Shown piece by piece: positions 30,027 through 38,865 of a DNA stretch of 64,000 nucleotides. Position 1 is the stretch's first letter; the number at the start of each line of letters is the position of its first letter. Location of the stretch: positions 140,795-204,794 of IMG/VR virus record IMGVR_UViG_3300008448_000001; one strand, 5' to 3'. The notes under the pieces are model-generated. The model searched no databases and was not told the origin of the DNA. It saw only the letters and a list, made by a program, of their open reading frames with translations. The position numbers and the translations under genes were made by a program.

Positions 30027-30260
30027 ATGATCTCCACAGTTGAAAAGTCCCGTGACACCTTCGTGGCGGCGAGAAGCGTAATCGTCGTGCGACGAAAAAC
30101 CTTGAAGGCGTTCCAGGCCGAACCGCAAGATCCGTGGAAGGTCGGTTTAGAAAGTACGACAGACCAACTGTCGCCAGAAGAGCTGGTTTCCTGGTTTCGC
30201 CAGGGTTACTCGCCCGCTGATATCAACAAGACGAAACCTTCACGTCTTACCTTCGAGTAA
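30027..30260 (+). CDS. hypothetical protein
   Basis: ATG 30027 follows the lipoprotein gene. Confidence 0.55.
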   Translation: MISTVEKSRDTFVAARSVIVVRRKTLKAFQAEPQDPWKVGLESTTDQLSPEELVSWFRQGYSPADINKTKPSRLTFE

Positions 30261-30282
30261 CAAAAGAACCTGAGAAAGGATT

Positions 30283-30672
30283 TTGATTTTGCCTATGTCA
30301 GATACAAAGCTATCGAAGTTATCGATTACCCGTCGCGTTTGCATGGGGTCGAAACCCCCAGATGAAAGCTGCTTTTTGTTGGGTGAGACGGAGTTTCAGG
30401 TGCGAGCTTCGTCGCAAAATACCGCGCAAATTTGTGTCGTACCTCCGGGCGGTAAGCCGAGTTACCTGCGGTTTCTCGCTAAAGACAAGCCGTTGAAGCA
30501 CGGGCAGTGCTTGATCGAACTTGTCGAAGGAGGATCGAATATCAGGCTCCGGTTCACCGCGACTCAGTCGGTGGCGATCGACCGCAAGGAAGTTCGGCGA
30601 GCAAAGTTGGCGTCAGCTAACCGTCAACGGGCTACCGCGAAAACCGTAGACACGGTTGTCGCAAGCAAGTAA
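30283..30672 (+). CDS. CsrA-like RNA-binding protein (possible tandem domain)
   Basis: KLSITRR...ESCFLLG resembles the CsrA N-terminus; NIRLRFTATQSVAIDRKEV resembles CsrA VRLGIxAPxxVxIxRxEI. Confidence 0.55.
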   Translation: MILPMSDTKLSKLSITRRVCMGSKPPDESCFLLGETEFQVRASSQNTAQICVVPPGGKPSYLRFLAKDKPLKHGQCLIELVEGGSNIRLRFTATQSVAIDRKEVRRAKLASANRQRATAKTVDTVVASK

Positions 30673-30714
30673 AATCCCCGAAAGTTCAACCCTTTACTCG
30701 AGAGGTATACACAG

Positions 30715-31041
30715 ATGATTGAAGTAGTGCAGTGCCAACTAGCTAGTGACGGCACGCGGGCCATCGTTTCGGTGCGGTCCGACAAAAAGTCGTTTACCGA
30801 GCAGATCGAAGAGCTTGGATCGGCTGCGGCCCGTAACGAGGCCCTAAGAGCCGCGAGTTCCGCTGGCATTAAGGGGTCTCCCGGCATTTCGGGAGCCGCC
30901 CAGGCGATTCACCCGCGAAACAAAGAAGGCAAGTCGTTAGACGACCTTCGCGATAGCGAAGGGAAACCGCTTGACTTTTCGAGCCCGGAAATGCAACCAG
31001 CCTATTACCAGGCTGCCTTTGAGATCACCGCCAAGGTGTAA
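30715..31041 (+). CDS. hypothetical protein
   Basis: RBS GAGAGG; 108 aa. Confidence 0.7.
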   Translation: MIEVVQCQLASDGTRAIVSVRSDKKSFTEQIEELGSAAARNEALRAASSAGIKGSPGISGAAQAIHPRNKEGKSLDDLRDSEGKPLDFSSPEMQPAYYQAAFEITAKV

Positions 31042-31100
31042 TCGCAGGTAATGCCAATTTCGACAGCAATCAGCTAGCCATTTCGGTGGCTAGCTAACGC

Positions 31101-31123
31101 AAGGCGGCAACAGCCTAAGTTGC
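31101..31123 (+). repeat. 23-nt mini-pseudoknot repeat, copy 1 (copy 2 at 31309-31331)
   Basis: AAGGCGGCAACAGCCT(A/G)AGTTGC, 22/23 identical. Confidence 0.85.
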
Positions 31124-31333
31124 ACTAACAAATAAGCCGACCGGGTACGCGAACAAGTTCCGACAGACGGTCAGGTCTAGGTCTCAAAGAATAGCCCTGA
31201 CGCCCGTTAGGCCACCACAGGCAAGCGATTCGGATAGCAAAACATGAGGAGAACAGTCATGAAGCGATGATGATTACAAGACGAGCCGAACTCGGAGGCA
31301 AAACCGATAAGGCGGCAACAGCCTGAGTTGCGA

Positions 31334-31458
31334 GGATCGGCGGCGTGGACAACGACACGCGGAAAGCTGTGCAACGCCTAAACGCATAGACGCAACGGAT
31401 TCGGAACAGATCGAATACCGCCAAGTATGAAAAGCAGGTGTAATTCCTGCCCGATCCT
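31334..31458 (+). ncRNA. tRNA-like RNA 1 (no anticodon arm; structured insert)
   Basis: GGATCGG/CCGATCC acceptor, GCGTG-GACAACGA-CACGC D-like arm, GCAGG-TGTAATT-CCTGC T arm. Confidence 0.7.
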
Positions 31459-31619
31459 TTGCATATGCGAAACCTGCTACTGGTAGCCTACGGGCATGCA
31501 GAGTCCAGTGAAATGGTTAATTTTGTGCCGCAAGGATCTGCTTCCGGAGATAATTCGAAAGGAGCAGGGAGCGGGTAATCGGGTCGTGCCGAGCAAAGAC
31601 ACAGCCGGAGAGACGGCGA

Positions 31620-31714
31620 GGATCGGCGGCGTGGACAGTGACACGCTCACCAACACTCCTGCAAGTATCCAATTGAGTGCAGGCGACAGCAGGTGCTAAT
31701 TCCTGCCCGATCCT
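31620..31714 (+). ncRNA. tRNA-like RNA 2
   Basis: Same acceptor, D-like and T-like arms as copy 1 around a different insert (CCTGCA/TGCAGG stem). Confidence 0.7.
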
Positions 31715-31794
31715 TTTCGGAGCGGTACGAAAGAAAGATAGTAAAAGGTGCGAAATGACACCAGATAAGCAACCGCTTGTGAGGCTGGTAAATT

Positions 31795-31878
31795 GGATCG
31801 GCGGCGCGGGACCACTGAAAAGTAATCCGCGATGGTGCTCAAAGAGCGGTCTAACATGTTCGAATCATGGCCGGTCCG
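31795..31878 (+). ncRNA. tRNA-like RNA 3
   Basis: GGATCGG/CCGGTCC acceptor, same GGATCGGCGGCG 5' end, canonical CATG-TTCGAAT-CATG T loop. Confidence 0.6.
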
Positions 31879-31941
31879 CTGAGTTATTAAGGCGTTCTTA
31901 ATAACTGGATGTTTGTTGGTTTGTTTTGAAAGGGTTTGGTT

Positions 31942-32607
31942 ATGCGTTTTGTTTGTTTTTTGGTTTTAGCATTGGCGAGTTCGCTGGTCTCGGCGCAGAC
32001 ACCGCTACCGGTTCGATTTGTTGAGGCCGGTCAAACTGTGACGGTTCCCAAGGGCAATTACCTGCAGACGCAAGAAGTCATCGTCCGCAAGGGAGGTGCT
32101 CTCATTCTTGAGGCCGGTGTAACTATCCAGGTGAAAGGCCTTGGATTGCCCATGCAGGTCTATGGTTCGCTTTCAGTTAACGGTACCGAGGCTGAACCTG
32201 TGGTGGTCGGCCCCGATGCCGCCGGTGTTTGTGGCACACTGGCAGCGTACCCATCTGCTGACGGCACTAGGCCGCAAGTAACAATTGATTACCTCGAATG
32301 GGCCACTACCCAAAACTCAAACTGCCTGTTTTTCTCAAGGTGCGACTTCGCTGTCGCCAATAGCGTATTTTTGAGCAATGGTGCTAGCAGCACCAACAGG
32401 GTTTGCGTCCAAGCAACAAACGACTCCGCCGGGAGCGTCAACGATTGCTTATTGGAATGCGTTAAGGCGACCGGAGTGACGACGAACGGGATCGTTGTGA
32501 ACGGAAGCGGTGCAGCGGTTGACCTGTGGAACATAACCACAGTTAATTGCGACAATCCGCTAAGGATCAACAAGTTTGTTGCTAAGGTTACAGGAAGCGT
32601 TCGCTAG
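31942..32607 (+). CDS. secreted right-handed beta-helix (pectin-lyase-like) protein
   Basis: Signal MRFVCFLVLALASSLVSAQ; GGALILEAGVTI...VYGSLSVNGTEAEPVV motif. Confidence 0.65.
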   Translation: MRFVCFLVLALASSLVSAQTPLPVRFVEAGQTVTVPKGNYLQTQEVIVRKGGALILEAGVTIQVKGLGLPMQVYGSLSVNGTEAEPVVVGPDAAGVCGTLAAYPSADGTRPQVTIDYLEWATTQNSNCLFFSRCDFAVANSVFLSNGASSTNRVCVQATNDSAGSVNDCLLECVKATGVTTNGIVVNGSGAAVDLWNITTVNCDNPLRINKFVAKVTGSVR

Positions 32608-32697
32608 TTGCGGATCGCAGGTAATAATTGTCGCAGGAGCGACTTGTTTATCTAAAACATAAACAAGTTTCTCCTGCGGCTTCTTTCTCTTTCCCAC

Positions 32698-32722
32698 GTC
32701 GCGGTTCACGCGACTTTTTTTT
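32698..32722 (+). terminator. rho-independent terminator
   Basis: GTCGCG-GTTCA-CGCGAC + T8. Confidence 0.7.
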
Positions 32723-32733
32723 AGCTATTGACC

Positions 32734-33138
32734 ATGGACCCGAACAAAATCAGACGTTTAGACCGGGCAACGGGCTCGTGCCACGACCACGTGGTTTGGT
32801 TCATGCTGTGGCTTGAACACTTGAATATGTTCTCTGAGGCACAAGTTTACGATATAATCAAATTCGTAGGTACGGAAGCCTTGGTCGCACGCGAAGCACC
32901 CCAGCTTCCGTCGCATGCAGTTTGCGTTTTCAACGTTGTCGTTTGCGATAGTCGCTGGGTCACTTTCTCCGGCGGCGTTTCCTTCTGGGACACGGCGACC
33001 GCCGAAGAAATTAAAACACTGCCTCAGCCTGCAATCACGCATGTTACTTGTGACTTCACGGCCTTACTGCAGCGAAGAAAAAATGGATCAAAAAGCAACG
33101 TCGATGCTACTTCAGACACTAATCAAGCAAGCCAATAG
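32734..33138 (+). CDS. hypothetical protein
   Basis: 134 aa ORF after terminator. Confidence 0.55.
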   Translation: MDPNKIRRLDRATGSCHDHVVWFMLWLEHLNMFSEAQVYDIIKFVGTEALVAREAPQLPSHAVCVFNVVVCDSRWVTFSGGVSFWDTATAEEIKTLPQPAITHVTCDFTALLQRRKNGSKSNVDATSDTNQASQ

Positions 33139-33853
33139 TTCGACAAGCCAGCCGCAAGTCGCCAAGCTGGCCCAGCGAACTTTGCTTGCCGCGGAGGAAG
33201 CTTACGCTACGCCTTTGATCCTGCTTGTACTAGACAAGTACGGCACGGACGCCCTTTCCTGGTCCCCTGCGACCATAAGAATGGAGTTAGAGCAGGACTT
33301 TCAGCTGAAGTTGCCGAAGATCACGCTAGATAAAATCATGGCGGCGGTGACAATTTTGACTACGAATTACTTCTACAAAGACGTAACGCGATTTGTCGAA
33401 ATCTGCAATATATTGTCCGGTGACGATTTTCAACCGAACGAGTTTGAACCGGCGGACGCCGGTGAGATGTTGGTCGGAATTACGGAAGCTCTGCTGCTGT
33501 ATCCCCCCAACGACGATCCCGAAGACACCGAGTTTTCGGCTGAAATTCAGGAGTACATCAAACAGGTACTCCGTGAAGAGGGTATTTTAAAACCCTTTGA
33601 CGTCCTGAAATTTGCAATGAGTGACGACAGTGCAAGCAAAGTAGATGCGGATTACGCCGACGACCCGGAGATGTACTCGGCTATCTACAAAATGCAACAA
33701 AGCAAGACAGGAGATCTGCGTACGATTTACCTGGAAAATATGCAGGGCTTGATGGATCAACTGCGTATGTTACCATTGAGCAACGGTTCGACAGAAGTTG
33801 TAGTACGTCAGCTGCAACAAATAGTATCCTTATCGGGAGCAGAAGAAGAATGA
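33083..33853 (+). CDS. conserved-looking acidic hypothetical phage protein
   Basis: Start at ATG 33083; DKYGTDALSWSPATIRMEL, helical and acidic. Confidence 0.7.
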   Translation: MDQKATSMLLQTLIKQANSSTSQPQVAKLAQRTLLAAEEAYATPLILLVLDKYGTDALSWSPATIRMELEQDFQLKLPKITLDKIMAAVTILTTNYFYKDVTRFVEICNILSGDDFQPNEFEPADAGEMLVGITEALLLYPPNDDPEDTEFSAEIQEYIKQVLREEGILKPFDVLKFAMSDDSASKVDADYADDPEMYSAIYKMQQSKTGDLRTIYLENMQGLMDQLRMLPLSNGSTEVVVRQLQQIVSLSGAEEE

Positions 33854-34134
33854 AGATTACCCCCTGGAAGTACTTGCTTTTAGTTGTTGCCAGTTCCAGT
33901 TTTGCGTCGGCGCAAGACTGCGGCAGCGGTACCTGCCGTAAGCCTGTACGAAACACGGTTACCGCAGTAGCAACGCCGGTATTCGAGGCAACCGAGACCG
34001 CTGTACACGCTGTCGAGCACGTTGTACAGTCCACGGTGCAGTCCGCAACCTGCGCCACGCAAAAGGCGGTTGCAGTTGCAACTCGTCCCGTGAAACGAGT
34101 ATTTACGACACGGCGAGCTCGTTGCTGCCGTTAG
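33850..34134 (+). CDS. small exported Cys-containing protein
   Basis: Signal peptide ending ASA; QDCGSGTCRKPVR...RARCCR. Confidence 0.7.
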   Translation: MKITPWKYLLLVVASSSFASAQDCGSGTCRKPVRNTVTAVATPVFEATETAVHAVEHVVQSTVQSATCATQKAVAVATRPVKRVFTTRRARCCR

Positions 34135-34156
34135 TCTAGCACCCTTCAACGCGTGA

Positions 34157-34191
34157 CCACCCGGCTAGGTTTCTGGCCGGGTGGTTTTTTT
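34157..34191 (+). terminator. rho-independent terminator
   Basis: CCACCCGGCTAG-GTTT-CTGGCCGGGTGG + T-run. Confidence 0.8.
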
Positions 34192-34202
34192 ATGGAGTCA
34201 AC

Positions 34203-34901
34203 ATGAGCCATTTAGTGAACGGTTTTTGTGTTAAGGACATCACTGCTCTCTCGCAGGTGGTAAAAGAGCAGTGTCCGCAGCTTGAGTTGGTCGAAGGTAC
34301 GCAGTACCGCACGTGGATAACCGACCACGGCAGGCTGGCCGGAGATTATCCTATTCCTGGGTTTTACCAGGCCATCTTGGCAAACGAACTTAGCCTGGAA
34401 GGGTTCGACCTTGCCGTTATTGCAAAAGAGATGGGCGTAACGCTTCCAGCTAAGCTTTCCGACCTGGAAAGCCAACCTTGGAATCTGGCTACGCAGAAAA
34501 GACTTTTGCAGAACGAGAAAGTGCACGCTGCGTACACGAGAATTGTCAAGGAACGCATGAGCAAAGATTGTCAGTACGTCATTCGTTACAAGGCGGGCGA
34601 AGGCAACAAGGGGGCCTACGAGATTGGTGTTATTCCGCACCCGTTCCGCAACGGCGAATTCGTGCTGATGATGGACTTTTTCAGCCAGGGTAACGGGTTG
34701 CTGAACGCCAAAGGTCTCGGCAAGCACGAGTCGAAGGCAGGCGTAGACAATTGGGCTAACCAGCTCAAGCAAGGTTACGCCGCGAGGGCCACTGAGCGAG
34801 TCATTCAACAACAAATGGCTATGGGCAACCCTGCCTACGGTCAAGTCACACGTGTCGCAATGCCTGACGGCAGATTAGTTTATCAAGTGAAAGGTCGCTA
34901 A
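34203..34901 (+). CDS. DUF1257 (Ycf35)-like protein with insertion
   Basis: MSH...VKDITAL N-terminus, YEIGV, NQLKQGYA, MPDGRLVYQV C-terminus. Confidence 0.65.
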   Translation: MSHLVNGFCVKDITALSQVVKEQCPQLELVEGTQYRTWITDHGRLAGDYPIPGFYQAILANELSLEGFDLAVIAKEMGVTLPAKLSDLESQPWNLATQKRLLQNEKVHAAYTRIVKERMSKDCQYVIRYKAGEGNKGAYEIGVIPHPFRNGEFVLMMDFFSQGNGLLNAKGLGKHESKAGVDNWANQLKQGYAARATERVIQQQMAMGNPAYGQVTRVAMPDGRLVYQVKGR

Positions 34902-34903
34902 GC

Positions 34904-35101
34904 GTGGAAAAAACAATCACAGTCACCATTCAACCGGACGGTCAAACAAGCATCGAGGCGAGCGGGTTTACCGGCGGAAGTTGCGTGAAGGCCACGCAGC
35001 CGCTTAAGGAAACGCTCATCGGAGAAGCTCCGGCGGCTCAAGTTTTGAAACCGGAGTACCACATACCTCAACCGCCTATCGCCGAAAGGATGAGGCAGTG
35101 A
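34904..35101 (+). CDS. DUF2997-family protein
   Basis: KTITVTIQPDGQTSIEASGFTGGSCVKAT...KPEY. Confidence 0.8.
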   Translation: MEKTITVTIQPDGQTSIEASGFTGGSCVKATQPLKETLIGEAPAAQVLKPEYHIPQPPIAERMRQ

Positions 35102-35520
35102 TGTCGGACTGGTTTAAAAAGCTGCAAGAAAGCATGAAAAAAGATAACAAAGATGGGGCAGTCGATAAACAACAGTTTGTCGACTGCCCCATTCGTCAAA
35201 AAATGCTCATCGGATTGCCCGCAATACGAAAAAGGCTTATGGAGGACAAACGATTTCGGTTGGTGGCCGAGGTCAATCACGTAGACAACTTCGTGCTAGT
35301 CGCTCGCGCCAGGTTAATCGACGATTTAATGTCGCTGATATGCGACGACTTATGCGGATCGTCTTCAGAAAAAGACAAGGATTGGTGGCACTCAGGTTTT
35401 TCGGACAGCGAGGTAACCTCATCCAGAACGCCTGATCACCGCGAAATCTACGCAATAGCCGGAGATACTGCGACCTCTGTTTACTACGAATTAAATGGAA
35501 GACGACAAAGTGGAAGCTGA
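35098..35520 (+). CDS. hypothetical protein
   Basis: Overlaps stop of previous gene. Confidence 0.55.
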   Translation: MMSDWFKKLQESMKKDNKDGAVDKQQFVDCPIRQKMLIGLPAIRKRLMEDKRFRLVAEVNHVDNFVLVARARLIDDLMSLICDDLCGSSSEKDKDWWHSGFSDSEVTSSRTPDHREIYAIAGDTATSVYYELNGRRQSGS

Positions 35521-35842
35521 AAAAGTGGAAGACGAAAAGATAGAGAGCTGTAAGCCGCAGCATCCATCGTGCGAAAGCTGCGTGTTTGCTGCGGAGTTCA
35601 AACATCCCGGGGAGCAGCCTGCGGTAACCCCAGCGACCGTTACCCGCAGGTTCCTTTGGTTCAAGTGGCAGGCCCCTGTTGATTCGGATATTGCGTTTAT
35701 CGACGAATATCGGCTTGACCTGTGGAAAAAACAACTGGAAAAGCACGAAAAACGCGTGCTTTGCTGTCGTTACCCTTTAGTGGTTGAAAAACTTAAAAAA
35801 TCTCTTTGTGGTGAATACATACGGGAAGAAGAACATGCTTAA
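35495..35842 (+). CDS. hypothetical Cys-motif protein
   Basis: CESCVF...CCRYP...CGEY. Confidence 0.6.
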   Translation: MEDDKVEAEKVEDEKIESCKPQHPSCESCVFAAEFKHPGEQPAVTPATVTRRFLWFKWQAPVDSDIAFIDEYRLDLWKKQLEKHEKRVLCCRYPLVVEKLKKSLCGEYIREEEHA

Positions 35843-37634
35843 AACGATTTTGAAGTACTTGGCGTCCGGTCAGGCAGGCATTTGCGTAACCTCTGTTGAA
35901 CCGGAGGACGTGCACAACGAACTACTGGGCTACGCCCTTGAACACGCTCGAACACCCGGTCCGGAAGGCATTATCTTGATTAGCTGGGATGCTGTCGACG
36001 GTCTGACGGATATTCAAGGCCGCGCGGTAAAGCTCGACGAAGGCCTTGCCCTTGGAAAGACGTCGCTATACAGCTCGCTTGAATACGCGATAAGCAACGC
36101 CCGCAACCGTATCGCACTGGAGCAGGAAGGCATCGCCCCGGAAAACATGGCTGACGATATGGTGAAGAAGCTTGTCCTCATCGTACGCAACTACGACCGG
36201 CACCTGTTTCCGAACGGGATGGCTAGCGGTCAAGTCGACCCACTCATTCTAGCGCAAACGCAAAAGCTGATCGCCGAAGGGCAAAACGCTCGAGTTTTCT
36301 TGATCGCTCAAACGTCGCCGGACTTCGAGTTGCCTTACGAGTTGGTAGAACATTTCGAGGTTTTGCAGCACAACTTGCCGGACGAAGACGAGCGGAAAGA
36401 ACTGCTGCACGCACTGGACGAAGAATCAGATGTGGAAGCAACGACGATCGAAGCCATTGCAGGTTTGTCACGAGCCAAGATCCAGCAGTACGGCGCCGAG
36501 TCGCTTGCCGAAAAGGGTGTCTTTGATCCGCCTTTCCTTTTTCACAAAAAGGCGATGCACTTGAGTCGCAGCTCGAAGCTGGACGTGTGGTCTCCGGCGT
36601 TTCAACAGGCCATCAAGCTGTGGCCCGAGGAAACTGTTGAGGAACTCCGCGACGCTGTGGACGTCACGCTGTTGTCTGAAGAGTATCCCTCACAGCAAGA
36701 GTTGCGTGCGCGTATCAGTTTCACGCAAGGGGGTAAGAAAGTCGATCGTTGGCTAGACCCAATGCCGGCGGAAGACTTCAACAAGCTTTACCGTCCCGAG
36801 CGGAACTTCTACACCTTTGACTCGATTATCGGGCTGACGAGCTTGAAGTCGTACCTTAAAAACGGCTTTAGTCCAGCGGTGCCGGATCGCTCCAAGCTGC
36901 GACACGTTTTCATGCTCGGTGTTCCAGGTACCGGAAAGTCGATGACCCCGAAGTGCTGCTCCGGGGAGTTTCGACTGCCGTTGTCCTCGATGCAGGCTAG
37001 CAACCTGTATTCGAAGTGGGTTGGCGACACCGACAAAATCCTGGCGAACATGCTTCGCACGGTGGAAGAGATCGGTGGGATCTTGGCTATCGACGAGTTT
37101 CAAAGATTTCTCCCGCAAGGCGGAAGCTCGGGGGAAGCCGGAGGTTTGGAAAACCGTATGTTAGGAACGCTGCTGACCTGGTTTAACGATCAGAACAGCA
37201 CAGTTATCCTCTCGGCGGCAAACAACATTGCGAATCTCCCTGACGAGATCACGCGGTCCGGTCGCGTCGATGCTTTGTTTTTCGTCGGCTTCCCCGGAAG
37301 CGAAGCGAAGAACCACGCATGGGAGATGTACATGGCAAGGCACGATCTTCAACCGCAAGAGCTTCCGAAGGATCAATTTTGGACTCCTGCAGACATCGCA
37401 GCGTGCTGTCGGCTAGCTGAAATGCAACGTGTACCTGTTGCAACCGCCGCTAAGTGGGTAACACCCTCTTACGAGAAGAACAAAGAACAAATGGATAACT
37501 TGTTGGGATGGGCCGAGGCCGCCGGCTGCATCTGCGCTGAGACAGGTGAACGCTTCCAGAAAAAGGCAGCGATGGATGCAGTAAACTCCGTGAAGCCACG
37601 CGTCGTTCGAAAACTAACACGAGCAAAGGAATAA
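35835..37634 (+). CDS. AAA+ ATPase (Ycf46-like)
   Basis: Walker A GVPGTGKS, LYSKWVGDTD, Walker B ILAIDE, SAANN, TRSGRVD; N-terminal WDAVDGL. Confidence 0.9.
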   Translation: MLKTILKYLASGQAGICVTSVEPEDVHNELLGYALEHARTPGPEGIILISWDAVDGLTDIQGRAVKLDEGLALGKTSLYSSLEYAISNARNRIALEQEGIAPENMADDMVKKLVLIVRNYDRHLFPNGMASGQVDPLILAQTQKLIAEGQNARVFLIAQTSPDFELPYELVEHFEVLQHNLPDEDERKELLHALDEESDVEATTIEAIAGLSRAKIQQYGAESLAEKGVFDPPFLFHKKAMHLSRSSKLDVWSPAFQQAIKLWPEETVEELRDAVDVTLLSEEYPSQQELRARISFTQGGKKVDRWLDPMPAEDFNKLYRPERNFYTFDSIIGLTSLKSYLKNGFSPAVPDRSKLRHVFMLGVPGTGKSMTPKCCSGEFRLPLSSMQASNLYSKWVGDTDKILANMLRTVEEIGGILAIDEFQRFLPQGGSSGEAGGLENRMLGTLLTWFNDQNSTVILSAANNIANLPDEITRSGRVDALFFVGFPGSEAKNHAWEMYMARHDLQPQELPKDQFWTPADIAACCRLAEMQRVPVATAAKWVTPSYEKNKEQMDNLLGWAEAAGCICAETGERFQKKAAMDAVNSVKPRVVRKLTRAKE

Positions 37635-37638
37635 TTCA

Positions 37639-38865
37639 ATGGAAAACCAAGTCACATACCTTACCATCAAGTACACGGTCGGTTGGTTGCCTTCGTCACT
37701 CGGCCTGACTGAGCAGGCGAAAGCCGTACTTGCCCGCGAACAGAACGTCGACGCCAAGGTGCTGCGAGGATCTTACGCGATCCTCGGTGCGTCTAACGAC
37801 GATCTCATCAAAGAAGGAGCGGGGCTGCGGCGACTCCTCAACATCATCCGGGACGAATACACCATTCCGGAGTACACCTTGGTCGGAACTGCCGCAGACA
37901 CGGAAAACCTGAAACCAGAAAAGGTTCCAGGCTCTTACCTGATCGAGGCGGCGAGGCTGGACGATTTTCTTTCACGGTTCAACGCCATGCGGGACCAGTA
38001 CCTTGCGTGGGGTAAGCGTGTTGCTTCACCCGAGAATTACGAAAAGATTCGCGAAAGCGACCGCATAAAACTCGGCAAGGACTGGGCAGTTGTCGAACGC
38101 AAATACCCGACTGCCGAGGAAATCGCGGACGCGATCACTTGCGACGTGCCGCGAATTGAGCAGTACAATGCGACAATCACCGTGGACAGTCTGGCTCCTG
38201 CAACAAGCGAAAAGCTTCGCGTACAGGCCGAGCAAAGATTGCAAGCGTCGGTCAACGGTGCGGTCGGAGAGCTCGTCTTTGAGCTCAAAGAAATGGTTGC
38301 AACCGTTGCTCGCAACTGCGGGAAACGCATTCGACTGTCGCCCCCTATCGACGGTCAGTACGCTAGTCTGCGTGACGCCGAGGTTCGCGAGATCCTGCGG
38401 AACAGCGATAACCCAGAGATACCGACAGGCTACGTGCAAGTTGTTGTGCAACAATGCGTGCAGAACGGCAAAGGCGGTTTCAAGCAGACGGGCAAAGAAC
38501 AAAGTGTTTTGCTTACCGAGCAAGAATACTTGGCGTTAAGGCCTTACGAGACCGACGAGCACCGGACCCTGACGCAAAGCGGTTTCAGCAACTTGCAATG
38601 GCTTGCGGATAAAATCTCTTCCGTCCAGAACATGCTGGGCGAGGAAGGCAAACCCGTTATCGATCTCGCCAAAGAGATCCAAGACACACTGTCCGGTATG
38701 GGTAGCTCCGCAGACAGCGTCACCCGAAACATTCGGGACAACGGCTATGCTCGAGCTACGGCGAAACAAACCTTCACCTCGCTTCTTAATCGAATTTCCG
38801 AAAAGGAAATCGAGATAAGGAAAGTGCAAAGGGTCGGACGAAAGATTGACCGGGCATGCGCATAA
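37639..38865 (+). CDS. DUF3150-like helical protein
   Basis: YTIPEY, GSYLI..ARLDDF, YPTAEEI; follows the AAA gene. Confidence 0.55.
   Translation: MENQVTYLTIKYTVGWLPSSLGLTEQAKAVLAREQNVDAKVLRGSYAILGASNDDLIKEGAGLRRLLNIIRDEYTIPEYTLVGTAADTENLKPEKVPGSYLIEAARLDDFLSRFNAMRDQYLAWGKRVASPENYEKIRESDRIKLGKDWAVVERKYPTAEEIADAITCDVPRIEQYNATITVDSLAPATSEKLRVQAEQRLQASVNGAVGELVFELKEMVATVARNCGKRIRLSPPIDGQYASLRDAEVREILRNSDNPEIPTGYVQVVVQQCVQNGKGGFKQTGKEQSVLLTEQEYLALRPYETDEHRTLTQSGFSNLQWLADKISSVQNMLGEEGKPVIDLAKEIQDTLSGMGSSADSVTRNIRDNGYARATAKQTFTSLLNRISEKEIEIRKVQRVGRKIDRACA

Noticed and set aside
31101-31878. CRISPR array
   Set aside because: Repeats are few, of two kinds, irregularly spaced with long structured spacers; no cas genes in the window
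31496-31901. Short ORFs 31496-31699 and 31677-31901
   Set aside because: No RBS or protein-like features; they overlap the tRNA-like structures
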